Assembly (NCBI GenBank): GCA_002633005.1
Contig: NMRA01000044.1
Span: 1,069,731-1,133,730, forward strand
From: Phoronis australis
Lineage: Eukaryota; Animalia; Phoronida
Direction: 5' to 3'
DNA: 64,000 nucleotides
Shown here in pieces: positions 52,601 through 61,930 of the stretch. Both the position numbers and the translations under genes were made by a program. The notes under the pieces were generated by a model that made no database searches, was not told the DNA's origin, and worked only from the letters and a program-made list of their open reading frames with translations. Numbering within the stretch: the stretch's first letter is position 1; every line of letters starts with the position of its first letter.

Positions 52601-55600
52601 ACCAACATACGACCAAATCTTAGCTCTGGCAAAGAGAACAACGTTTAGATGAAACAATCCTTCATATTTAAGAACTACCTAAGAGTAAAAAATTGCCAGT
52701 TTGGGACAGTCTCTGAAATTTGCAACATGGAATTTCAAGCAGAAAATGATTTTTTTATTCTAAAGACTGATACATGGTGGATCATGTTTATCAAACTTGG
52801 GACACTGCATTTGTGTATCAACAGAATCTATAATTGTCAAAAATAGCTACTAACGAAACTTTTTCATGTGTCCTCGCAGTGTGCCCTATCAAGGAGCATG
52901 ATCATTTTTAATTGATGGTAATTTGTGAATTTGTGACGGCCAATGTTGTCTATTTCTAAAGTTTGGTACAAGTTCTGACCTTGCGCAAAATACTTAATTT
53001 TTGCAGTCCCAAACTGGAGAATTTTCACCGTAATCCCAACGTGTTGTATAAGAAGATGTCCCAACTGCAACGAGTAGACCTAAGACAGACACGAGAAAAG
53101 GTAGTGTAATTATGTCCTTAGATTGTAATGCATGGTGATATCTCACAGTCTTGCTTGATCTTGCGTCAATGGTAAATAATAAAACAACTATGGATTAGAT
53201 AAATGAAAAGTTGAAGCAAATCTCAAAAATGAAAGGATCTGATGCAAATTGCTCGACTGACAGCTTAACTATAAAAATTGTGCGAACAAATTGAATTGCA
53301 GACAAACAATCCCTGTGAACTACTTGACATGTAGACAGACAATCCCTCTGAACTACTTGATTTGCATACAAACAATCCCTTGAACAACTTGAACTGCAGA
53401 CAAACAATCCCTGTGAACTACTTACGGACACAAATTCGTTGAGCGTCTCAAAGATCTGTATGACCAAATCTATAGTGGAGGAACTGATGTTGGAATAGAG
53501 CACACTCATGAACTGGCAAGTCTCAGCCACAATGTTAATAGTCTTGATGTTGTCAGGTTGATCGCGGAGATAATTCTGGAAATTAATAATCATACGTGTG
53601 GTTCGCTACCAATAGTTTTCCTGGAACGTATCCACACCATGGCTGATACGAATGACTGTCATCGGACCATGTGTCATTTTTTGTTACACGGAGTGACTAA
53701 AACTTTGTGAAGAAACGCATGCTGTCATGTGACACATGCCATTGGTCAAATGGAACAAGCTTTTTAATCTTGAATTAATACAATTTTACCAACTGCCAAA
53801 ATAATAACTTAGCACCACTTTGAACGCTGCATTTTTGGTTCGTTGGAATATTTTACTAACTGCTATAAAAGGTTATTTGAATTGTTTAAATTTTAGCCAA
53901 TTTCTATAAAATGAAACTAATTAAAACAACAAATCCTCATGGCAAAATACGATATTAATTAGCCAGGTAGGTTTTTGTCCAGAAGACATTATGTCCATCT
54001 ATTTCAAGCCTTATTATGTGTCTGAGTCCTTTCATTGGCCCTACCTGAATGCTGGAGTTCTGTCCATCACACATGGCAGCCAACACTCGCAGTACCAAAC
54101 AGATGTTCCCCTCATCTTTGTACTCCAAACCCGTAAGAACATCGTCTTCATCATCACCTACACCAACCGTTGGTCGAAGGTTGTTTGCACCCTAAATAAA
54201 CAGATCACAGCTTAAAGACCCATTCATTCTGTCTTGCACAAGTTTCAAAAAGATGATAAGATTTTTATGCACAAATGAATTTAAAGAACTAGTTTTGTCA
54301 CGTATCAAAAACAAATTTCGATTCAGGCAACTTTTTATTATAAGTAAAAGCCTCAGCTTGCTTCTTAGTAAGTGCTTTCTGGGTTTGGGAATAACTGACA
54401 GTCAATCACATTAATTGTTATTGGCCATAATATAAGTACAAAGTTCAAAATCAGCGCATATGTAAACGACATACATGATCAAAGTTTCGGATTATTGTCT
54501 GTAAACCATTCTCAAGAAAAAAAGACAAAAGTTCACGATATTCCAATCAGGTGACTAAGGTGAAGATCAGACTGTACAGGTACAGTCAGTGGTCACTGCT
54601 TGAAACCTGAGTCACTTAGTTAACTTGACCCAGATGGTCATTCCGTGCCCCAAATATGGTCGGAAGTGTAATAATGTGATGTCAGTTCCCTCTAAGCTCA
54701 GAATCACTTCCAGTCCGAGTCATGAAAGAACAATTTGAGACTAGTTTTAAATAAAATGTGTCCTAAATCATGCTATTTTTTACGGAAGAGAGAGTTACAG
54801 TACACAACTAATCTTTAAAAAAGGGTTAAGAATTTGAAAAGCGGCTTCGGCAAACTCCATAATTTCTACTCAACACCAAAATTAGACTTAAACGGCACTA
54901 AATCTCCATGTAGCCAGACACATATATGTGTGTATGCATGCCCTTGTTTTTCTTCAGCAATTAACCCCACCACAACACAACCGACGCCATACCTCCACCT
55001 TGATTTCCATCAATTCATGTTCTTTGGCTTTGTTGTCAATAGCTGTATACATGTCGTGTATGCCGCCATTACTCAGTTTCTGGATAAGTGTTTGGTGTTG
55101 GCTCTTCTCAGGAGGCGAGGGTGCAGACAGCAGCGACATCTTGGACTCTGAACAAAATCAAAAGACGGTAAAATATCACCAATTTCGGACAAAACTAATT
55201 GCCAAAATTGCACAATTTTTGCTTTTCAAGGGCTCTAAGATTGTACAGTACTGTTGTGATTTTTTGTTGGTAACTATGGCACAAAATTTGGATATAGCAA
55301 AGTACCATATTGCTGCTGTATATCAATTACGGAAAAGTGAGAAAATAAATTTCACTTGTCCGCCATATCGAGCGTTTAATTGGTGAGATTTCACAGAAAT
55401 TGGCTTTCAAACTACACCTGTAGTTCTGAAAAATTGAATTGTACAATAATTTGTAACGGGAAAAGATGATATAGTATGTAAAACATGTGTATTATTGTGA
55501 CAGCAGATTCAGTTGGTAGAAGAAACACTTTTTGTCTAAATTTATTAATTTATTAATTTCTAGGGTCTGCTTCTTCTGGGCAATCTCTTCAGAGAATAAA

Positions 55601-58600
55601 ACATTGGTCAACCCAAGGTGGCAGACACAAATATGTATTTCTCAATATACAAGACAAAATACGACAAAATGCCACAATACAGATAATGAAGCAGGCTGAA
55701 TTGGGAACTTTAAAAACACAAAATAAGATATTCAGAGTCTTTTAATACTTAAAGTGCCCACATTCCTTCCTCAGGGAGACCGTCTGCTGCATACAGTTCA
55801 CTATGACATGGCCGGAGTACGCAATACCGCAGCCATAAATAAAATAAATTAAAGCAGTAAAAATCAAATATCGAAGAGTTCAAATTTCAACATCTTAGAT
55901 TGGATTACTTACAGCATTATACATCACAGCTGCAGTTCTTTTGCCAAAGTTAAAGTATGATCATGAGATGGTAAGGATAAAAAACTTAAAAATACACAGC
56001 ATTCAAATGAAAAAATTAGAGAAATTACCGGATGTAGCAAAAAACTGCTAAAACTCTGTCCTTCTTGGTATGAATGGATTGAAAAATTGTAATTCAAAAG
56101 GAATTTTTCATTAAAACTGTAGAGTTGAGGTTTTATACCGTTAACGTGCTTTCCCGCTTCATCAAATGACTGTTGAGGGGTGAGCAAACTGCGCCGTGAC
56201 GTGGGTCGACTACCCGTCTGAACACTTCTTAGACTGAGAGAGTGATGGGCCTGAAAGAGACACGAACCATACCTCACATGTCCTCAATAGATACAGTTAT
56301 TTTAATAAATAACGAAGCAGTGCGCAAAGTCAATTCAACTCACTGTAAATCTATTTTAAGGAAAATGGGTGTAATATCTCTGTACCTGCAGTCCCTCGAA
56401 ATATCCTTCTTCACTAAGATCAAGTATATGGAAGGGACAAAGACAGGAAGCAATGAGACGACGCTTGGGAACAGTACGTTGTTCTAAAATGGCATGAAAG
56501 CCGAGTGTTCCCCTTAATGAGTCATCTTCGAAAAAAGCATGATTTCAAGCTCTATCACGGAAAAATGATAGTAACAGTATAGGACAATAGCAGAAGTTAT
56601 ATTTTTGTGGGAAAAAGATCATGAAATGAACAGCACAAGTATATCAGGAGTAACTATTAGCGACGCTTCACAATTATCAGCATTTTGTGCACCAAATTTG
56701 CATCTAAGACATGAAGGAAGTTGAGCCCTGCAGCTTGTGAAGCTTTTTAATGTAACTATGATTCTTCGACAGGAGCATAAAGTCCTTTTACACAATTTAA
56801 ATAAATCTTGGACAGTTCTAAAATAAGGTCAACACTTTTGTACACTTTCGGAAAGAGGTATGGTTGTTAGGAGAGTGTACAATTGGTACCTGCGTGAAAA
56901 ATGATTATAACTGTGAACCGACATATATATCTGGTGTCGGATAGTTACGTGTTCAATCAGAATGGTTCATTGTGCTTTCTGTATACTTCATCATGTGCCA
57001 TCTGGTGGCGAGCCGTACATACCAAGGAGTGTTGTTGGCTGAGAGGCCCTTCATAGACTATCAAATACAGTAAAATATCTCCAATTTCGGACAAAAAATA
57101 ATAGTAAAAACTGTCCCCTTTTCATTTTTCAAGTGCTTCTAACATGCTTGTGAATGTCCACCATTTTCAAATCATTGTTTGGTGGTTAATATATATATGT
57201 TATAGAACTTGAACATGGAAAAGCACTAATTTGGTGCAGCACATCTGTTATAATGGAAAAATAAACAAAATTTCCCTTGTGGCACCATATAGCATCCCAA
57301 ATTGGTGAAATTTTATTGTAGCTTCTGTTAATCGGAACTCAAAAATCTCCCTCATTCTTTACCATGAACTTTCTGATGCATGACCTCACAGGTAATACTA
57401 ACGCTTAATAAACGCATTCCTATGCAGGACAGGTGAAGATCATAAACCAGACTTGGAAATATTGAGTGCGACCATCATGCGTGAGCGCAAAACATCGGAG
57501 TGTGGGAAAAACACTTGTATATCAATCAGACACGTGGAAATTCAAAGCACACAAAAGGCCCATTTTTCGTCTTTTTACTAACACACATTTCCCAAACAGT
57601 ACTCTTCCATTTTTACAAATGCATGGAATGAACACATGCACCAAACTTAGGTAACCATCCGACTGCCTGCATGTTGATATTACGTGACAACACTCTGTGC
57701 AGCATTTTTCTAATTGACACGCAGTTAGTATTAAAAGTTCATTGTGCTCGGGCATTTACTCAGGAAACGAACCTTTTCATCCATCCAGCAGATTGAGTCT
57801 AATCAACTGGTTGTTGCACTACGGTGCAATATCATCAAATTTGGACAAAATTAATTGCCCAAAATTGCACTTTTTCATTTTCAGGGGTTTCTAACATTGT
57901 TGCGACTGCACACAATTTTTCGAAATATCTTCTGCTGATTGCTATATAGCAAAGCATCAATCTCGTACAACATAATTTATGAGAAAATTCCATCCGTCTG
58001 CCACATCGGGTCCTAAAATGGTGAGATTTTACCATAACCATCAGTTCTTGAGAAATCCCGATAGTTGTTTGGGATTCACCCTTTGGCTATCATGGTAATC
58101 ACAGAATTTTACTTGATGCCATACTTATCAACACAAATTGGCAAAGTTCACATTGTTTTTCACCCTCAGCTAAAAAACTAAATCCAGTTGATTACACTCA
58201 AAACAACATAATGACTGTTGACACAGCTGCAAATCAGAGTGCAGAATTAATGCGTTGGTCATGGCTGACACACAACTGTCCTGTAAGCGACTGCAGTTAG
58301 TTTTTGTGCCATCTGCACAGACCAAGGTGAAACCTTCTCGTCAGTGAGACCTTACCCGCAGGGGGTCTGATCTACGCGCCATCCTTGCTGATTGCTGAAC
58401 ATTGTAAATTGCCTAAAATTGAGGAGGAGTTGAGGATTTGTCTAGGAACTGCGAAACAGTCATGTTTAGTGCTTACAAGACTGCAAATAAAGTAATTCCC
58501 AGCATTTAAACCTTGAAGTGGTTACAAGCACACTTTAAGTCAAAAAATAACTGAATTTAGGACACTTGCTTCTGTAGTTCTGGGGCTTGTTCATCATGAA

Positions 58601-61600
58601 AGAGACTTAGAAAACAATAATTTGGTTTTTTGCTCTCCCTTTCACAGTTGCTGAAAATGGTTTGAACACTTCATCTATTAATTACGAGTGCATCAGAGTC
58701 TAGGTTTCTTTTAGAAATTATCTCTGTCAGTAACTAGCAGTTATGTACTATATTCTCAGAGACATAGCACTCTTGCTCATGGAAATTTAATCTTTTTTTC
58801 AAAAATGGCTGCGTGGCGTGTGGTAATACCTTAATTTCTAACTTAATTATTCTTAAGTTCCTTTTCATGCAACAGGCCTGAGATATATTCCTGACTTGTG
58901 CTTTAAATCTGACTCCGTATAAAAATATGTTTCAAAAGAGCAGTTGTCTGCAGTTACATAAAATTCATTTTGTTAAATTAATAGCCCTCTGTTGGTGAAG
59001 ACTATTACTAGAGGGAGATAATCATGTGGAAACCAATAGATGGCAGTGTCATCTGGTGGTAAGTCAAATCCATATCCATCAGGTCATCCAAACGGTAACG
59101 ATATTCATCCTATCAATATGTGCTAAAGAATGGAGTTGAGAAGTCTTCGAGATATCAATTCATTAAATTACATGTTCTATGGAGGTTACATTCAAAATTT
59201 CTGACCTCCATGGCTTTGCGTCCAACAGTGGACGCATTCTGGAAAGACTTGGCTTGCGTAGCAGCCTCCTTCAAGCGCGCCTCATGCTGGGCGGCCAGGG
59301 CTCGTCGTTCTTTGATGGAGACAGCGGACAGCTGGAAGCGACATCTGATGGCATAGAAGAACGACTCTTCTTTGGTACCAGTAAAGTAGTCCAGCATGGA
59401 TTGCTGTTGGTGAAACAGAATACATTCTCAGATCCTGATGCAGACTTCTTGTCATCCACATGGCTGGTTTCCAAGACACACCATGAGTCGGTTTTTAAAT
59501 TATTTCATAATTACTTTAAACTAGACAACTGTTGCTTTGGAAAATAATTTGCACATACTAGGACAATTGGTGAGAAGGCTTTGTGAATGATAATACAATA
59601 ACAGTAAACTATAATCACAAATAACAACTTCTACAGCTTGGAATTACTCATGCAGCTGTATTTACGGAGCTGCGATGGATAACACGTTATTCTTTAGAAT
59701 TGTTCAATTGGTGGATCATGCGCCACAATGACAGCAATTAGAAAAAAATGGCTAATCGTACTTAACGATTAAGATATCCAGCTTCAACATTTCCCATTTT
59801 TGAACTTCTCTTTACCTCACGTAAAAGCTACTCCACCTTCTAACTCAGTCTGTCACTTTAGTTGCCACATTCCGCAACATATTGTCACAACACTTGACAT
59901 CTTTTAAAAAAGCTTAAAACCAATTTCCTTTCGATTGTCTTCACATAATATTTCCATAGCAATATGACAGAGATGGCATTTTGTAATTCATAGATAAACA
60001 TACCCATTACACACCCTCTCTGTCTCACCTGAACATACCCATTACACATCACTGTCTCACCTAAACATACCCATTACACACCACCTCTGTCTCACCTGAA
60101 CATACCCATTACACACCACCTCTGTCTCACCTGAACATACCCATTACACACCCCCTCTGTTTCACCTGATAAACATACCCATTATACACCACCTCTGTCT
60201 CACCTGAACCTTTCTGTTGGCGTTGTACAGCATCATGGACATGAACGCCAACACCTCTCTGACAATGTTATCACTGGGGCGACCGAGGTGCTCTAGGACA
60301 CGGATGGCTGCCTTGTGGTCATTGAGTGTGTCCTGCACATCAGCCAACAGTTTCACTTGTCTGGAGATGACATAAATGAAATGTTATCAGGCACTGAGAA
60401 AAAGCAATTTGCATAGTGCGAACAACGTGCCACAGCAACTCAATAGAAAGACAAAAAAGAAAAACCAATATCAGGCTCCAATGGAACTATATAAGTGCTG
60501 GTGTAGACGATATACGTGAGAGGACACTCAGGTGAGCTTAAGAGATAATAGCCCTTGAGAGCAACATGTCAGTGGAACCACATTCCAGGCTCAGCTATTC
60601 AGCTATCCATAGGGGGTAGTAATATATATCTTCTCAATAAACCCGCTGTTAAGCTGTGTATAGTTACGCAGTTCAGGGTTCACAAAGAACTGTTTTGACT
60701 GACCTTGCATGTCAATTTCAAAACGACTATTGTGTGTAAAGGAGACCCCTGATTTACAACCATCCACAAAATTCTAAGCCACAATGCAAACTAGGTACCC
60801 CCTCCAAGCCCACAATGTTAACATATGCAGCTTGTAGCCATGGAAAAAAGTACCTGCTGGCTCCACGAAACTTGTCATGTAGCAGAAAAGTAAATATTTA
60901 CTGCACATTTCCTTAGTACTCGTACATTGACGTATGACTTGTACACATTTTAGACAAAAAATTCAAGCAAGTTATGGGCTCAGGGTACTCAAAAAACTCC
61001 ATTCGAAAACTGATAAATTTCATGGCAGCCTTCAGATAAACTTTAAAAATTTGTGTTTGAATCATACGATAAGATAAAATAAATATTGCGTCTGAGTCTA
61101 AGAAGAGTATAGTTTGGAGATTTAGATCATGGGAATTCGAATTGCATTGGTCCCATTTTCTATCTTACAATCCGCCAACTGTTGGGGTAGTATGTAGTCC
61201 ATATCTAGGTCACAATCAATGACCCCAGCAAGAAAGATCTAACACTGAGTCTGAGCTCAAAATCTCGAGTTTTTACAAGAGGTTGTAACATGAATCTAAG
61301 GGTCATCGAGTACAAACATGGACTAGACACTCATCTGTATAAACTGTGACACACTAGAGCATGGAATAACAGACATTTATCTCGAATTTTATTCGAAGTG
61401 AAACAGATAATGTCAAAAATAACATCGAGTTCAATTCGGAGTTTGGAGAAATTAGACTCAAGTTCTGAATTCCACATTCACGAGATAATCTTAACCACTA
61501 ACTTCTTAACGAAGCGGTTGTTCCCCTTGAGCTGCCAGTTTTCGGGTAACTTCCTCTCCTCGTTGTGAATCATAGCTCGTAGGATCTGCAAGGACTTGAC

Positions 61601-61661
61601 GTCCAGCTCCTCGCGCTCCTGACGCACCTTCTCTGTGGGGGTGCTGTGAGCAGCCGATATA
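40468..61661 (-). CDS. Divergent inositol 1,4,5-trisphosphate receptor-like (IP3R/RyR superfamily) Ca2+ channel, C-terminal about 1120 aa; 5' part extends beyond the window
   Basis: 25 GT-AG exons with consistent phases, 3376 nt. RIH-associated motif (LRVLAAMCDGQN..QNYLRDQPDN..INIVAET), transmembrane segments, luminal CDTLWQC, pore GLVGD, S6 LNVIFGIIVDTFSELR, zinc finger CFIC...HVRHEH and the MWxY motif. Confidence 0.9.
41302..41559 (-). CDS. IP3R-like exon (HxxxEH zinc-finger half and C-terminal domain)
   Basis: GFAHHVRHEHSMWSYIFFFIHL...DYTALE...FFPLNQALSV. Confidence 0.92.
42333..42580. mobile_element. MITE family A copy
   Basis: tatggcgaaaattcttgagtttgggaca ... tgtcccaaattgaagaatttttaccata. 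Confidence 0.65.
42755..42832 (-). CDS. IP3R-like exon (CFIC zinc-finger half)
   Basis: WTAESDMRDTCFICNRGSHDFEHHGL. Confidence 0.92.
43252..43404 (-). CDS. IP3R-like exon (TM6/gate)
   Basis: IFHISFFIFITTIGLNVIFGIIVDTFSELRDLK. Confidence 0.93.
44082..44260 (-). CDS. IP3R-like exon (TM5, pore helix, filter)
   Basis: LSLFWVGVLGVVIFYLYGLISFAF...CDTLWQCTVTVMRYGLVGDIFD. Confidence 0.92.
45087..45210 (-). CDS. IP3R-like exon (TM3/TM4 and S4-S5 linker)
   Basis: VFVAMSAAG...YFFAFHLINIVNNNQLLQGVIKAVTQNG. Confidence 0.9.
45338..45427 (-). mobile_element. 3' end of a LINE/SINE-type retroelement (stem-loop plus (AAAT)n tail)
   Basis: (TTAT)n run followed by the hairpin tgagggtggcctctt ... aagagggccctca. 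Confidence 0.45.
45592..45721 (-). CDS. IP3R-like exon with poly-Asp tract
   Basis: RFRNKENTVQELE(D)11EDVSKLDINLFSFTTLYYL. Confidence 0.85.
46185..46340 (-). CDS. IP3R-like exon (TM2)
   Basis: PWPVTSSVPGYQFWILGLGGAHNLFSLFVLISYFLSNHPRLP... Confidence 0.85.
46312..46500. repeat. 65-bp tandem repeat x3 spanning a splice acceptor
   Basis: caggtactgaggatgtcacaggc... starts at 46312, 46377 and 46442. Confidence 0.95.
46994..47137 (-). CDS. IP3R-like exon (TM1)
   Basis: LVWNYACILLSLAINILMLISW... Confidence 0.88.
   Translation of the reverse strand, partial: VGVELCLYTAEFSYQHSDVDLLGGTPSDHDGHRKERLFTNCTTKLCG
47985..48154 (-). CDS. IP3R-like exon
   Basis: NVLREEVKEKLKWEVDRSSPSNKIRDLM...FTKFW. Confidence 0.9.
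49238..49356 (-). CDS. IP3R-like exon
   Basis: LKLTVEQMQAYKYFQKYSLSVEVMKDGYLQKVHFRVTNK (matches the IP3R/RyR IEI...E.V.F block). Confidence 0.88.
49774..49885 (-). CDS. IP3R-like exon
   Basis: DSSKTNELKDHLFDVGFGYYLTIARF...; gtgagt donor. Confidence 0.85.
49941..50050. mobile_element. Palindromic mini-MITE family B
   Basis: gcaatagtctgatataacgtgtccgcattttgagaaccag ... ctggttatcaaaatgtggacgcgacgttatatttgacaactac. Confidence 0.7.
50723..50818 (-). CDS. IP3R-like exon
   Basis: ttttag / gtatga; PQSTKSVTNTKNIKGKAKNIAQAGAGLLKDMM. Confidence 0.75.
51265..51417 (-). CDS. IP3R-like exon
   Basis: QLELRKVISTLLHSLVEENG...HQAIV. Confidence 0.85.
51799..51900 (-). CDS. IP3R-like exon
   Basis: GNQPNRVVMLDNKIIDYMNFILRAGKYKDCPWDK. 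Confidence 0.88.
52683..53031. mobile_element. MITE family A copy
   Basis: gagtaaaaaattgccagtttgggac ... gtcccaaactggagaattttcaccgta. Confidence 0.6.
53290..53425. repeat. About 33-bp tandem repeat x4 abutting a splice donor
   Basis: acaatccctgtgaactactt unit repeated; the last copy ends in cttac (GTAAG donor). Confidence 0.9.
53426..53575 (-). CDS. IP3R-like exon (RIH-associated domain)
   Basis: NYLRDQPDNIKTINIVAETCQF...FETLNEFVS; gtaagt donor. Confidence 0.92.
54045..54191 (-). CDS. IP3R-like exon (start of RIH-associated domain)
   Basis: ...YKDEGNICLVLRVLAAMCDGQNSSIQ. Confidence 0.88.
54993..55147 (-). CDS. IP3R-like exon
   Basis: ttgttcag / gtatgg; SKMSLLSAP...ELMEIKVE. Confidence 0.75.
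55165..55396. mobile_element. MITE family A copy
   Basis: acggtaaaatatcaccaatttcggac ... aattggtgagatttcacag. Confidence 0.7.
56139..56250 (-). CDS. IP3R-like exon
   Basis: tctttcag / gtataa; AHHSLSLRSVQTGSRPTSRRSLLTPQQSFDEAGKHVN. Confidence 0.7.
56386..56413 (-). CDS. IP3R-like micro-exon (28 nt)
   Basis: Pyrimidine tract plus cttag / CAG|gtacag; EEGYFEGLQ; phase 2-0. Confidence 0.5.
57023..57057 (-). CDS. IP3R-like micro-exon (35 nt)
   Basis: tttgatag / gtatgt; SMKGLSANNTP; phase 0-2, complements the next micro-exon. Confidence 0.5.
57066..57320. mobile_element. MITE family A copy
   Basis: tacagtaaaatatctccaatttcggac ... aaattggtgaaattttattgta. Confidence 0.7.
57820..58036. mobile_element. 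MITE family A copy
   Basis: tacggtgcaatatcatcaaatttggac ... aaatggtgagattttaccata. Confidence 0.65.
58356..58412 (-). CDS. IP3R-like small exon
   Basis: ttttag / gtaagg; AIYNVQQSARMARRSDPLR; phase 0-0. Confidence 0.65.
59206..59403 (-). CDS. IP3R-like exon
   Basis: QSMLDYFTGTKEESFFYAIR...AME; GAG|gtcaga. Confidence 0.85.
59997..60206. repeat. About 35-bp tandem repeat x6 spanning a splice donor
   Basis: aacatacccattacacaccacctctgtctcacctg unit. Confidence 0.95.
60204..60360 (-). CDS. IP3R-like exon
   Basis: QVKLLADVQDTLND...REVLAFMSMMLYNANRKVQ; CAG|gtgaga. Confidence 0.88.
60674..60810. repeat. Dispersed repeat also at 33248-33385
   Basis: See 33248. Confidence 0.7.
61503..61661 (-). CDS. 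IP3R-like exon
   Basis: ttttcag / gttagt; ISAAHSTPTEKVRQEREELDVKSLQILRAMIHNEERKLPENW... Confidence 0.85.
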
Positions 61662-61930
61662 CTGAAAATGATGAGATTTCGAAATAATGTAATTCAGCAA
61701 ATGAATCATAAAGTAAAATTGTCAGTACTTATCTCCCTTGCAGCCGATATACTGAAAATGATGAGATTTCGAAATAATGTAATTCAGCAAATGAATCATA
61801 AAGTAAAATTGACAGTACTTATCTCCCTTGCAGCCGATATACTGAAAATGATGAGATTTCGAAATAATGTAATTCAGCAAATGAATCATAAAGTAAAATT
61901 GACAGTACTTATCTCCCTTGCAGTTGATAT
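61650..61930. repeat. 90-bp tandem repeat x3 spanning a splice acceptor
   Basis: gcagccgatatactgaaaatg... starts at 61650, 61740 and 61830; copies differ by at most 1 nt. Confidence 0.95.

Noticed and set aside
59120-59547. Plus-strand ORFs of 78 and 122 aa
   Set aside because: Antisense to a well-supported channel exon.
59997-60206. CRISPR-like appearance of 35-bp repeats
   Set aside because: Head-to-tail units with no unique spacers, no cas genes, eukaryotic intron.
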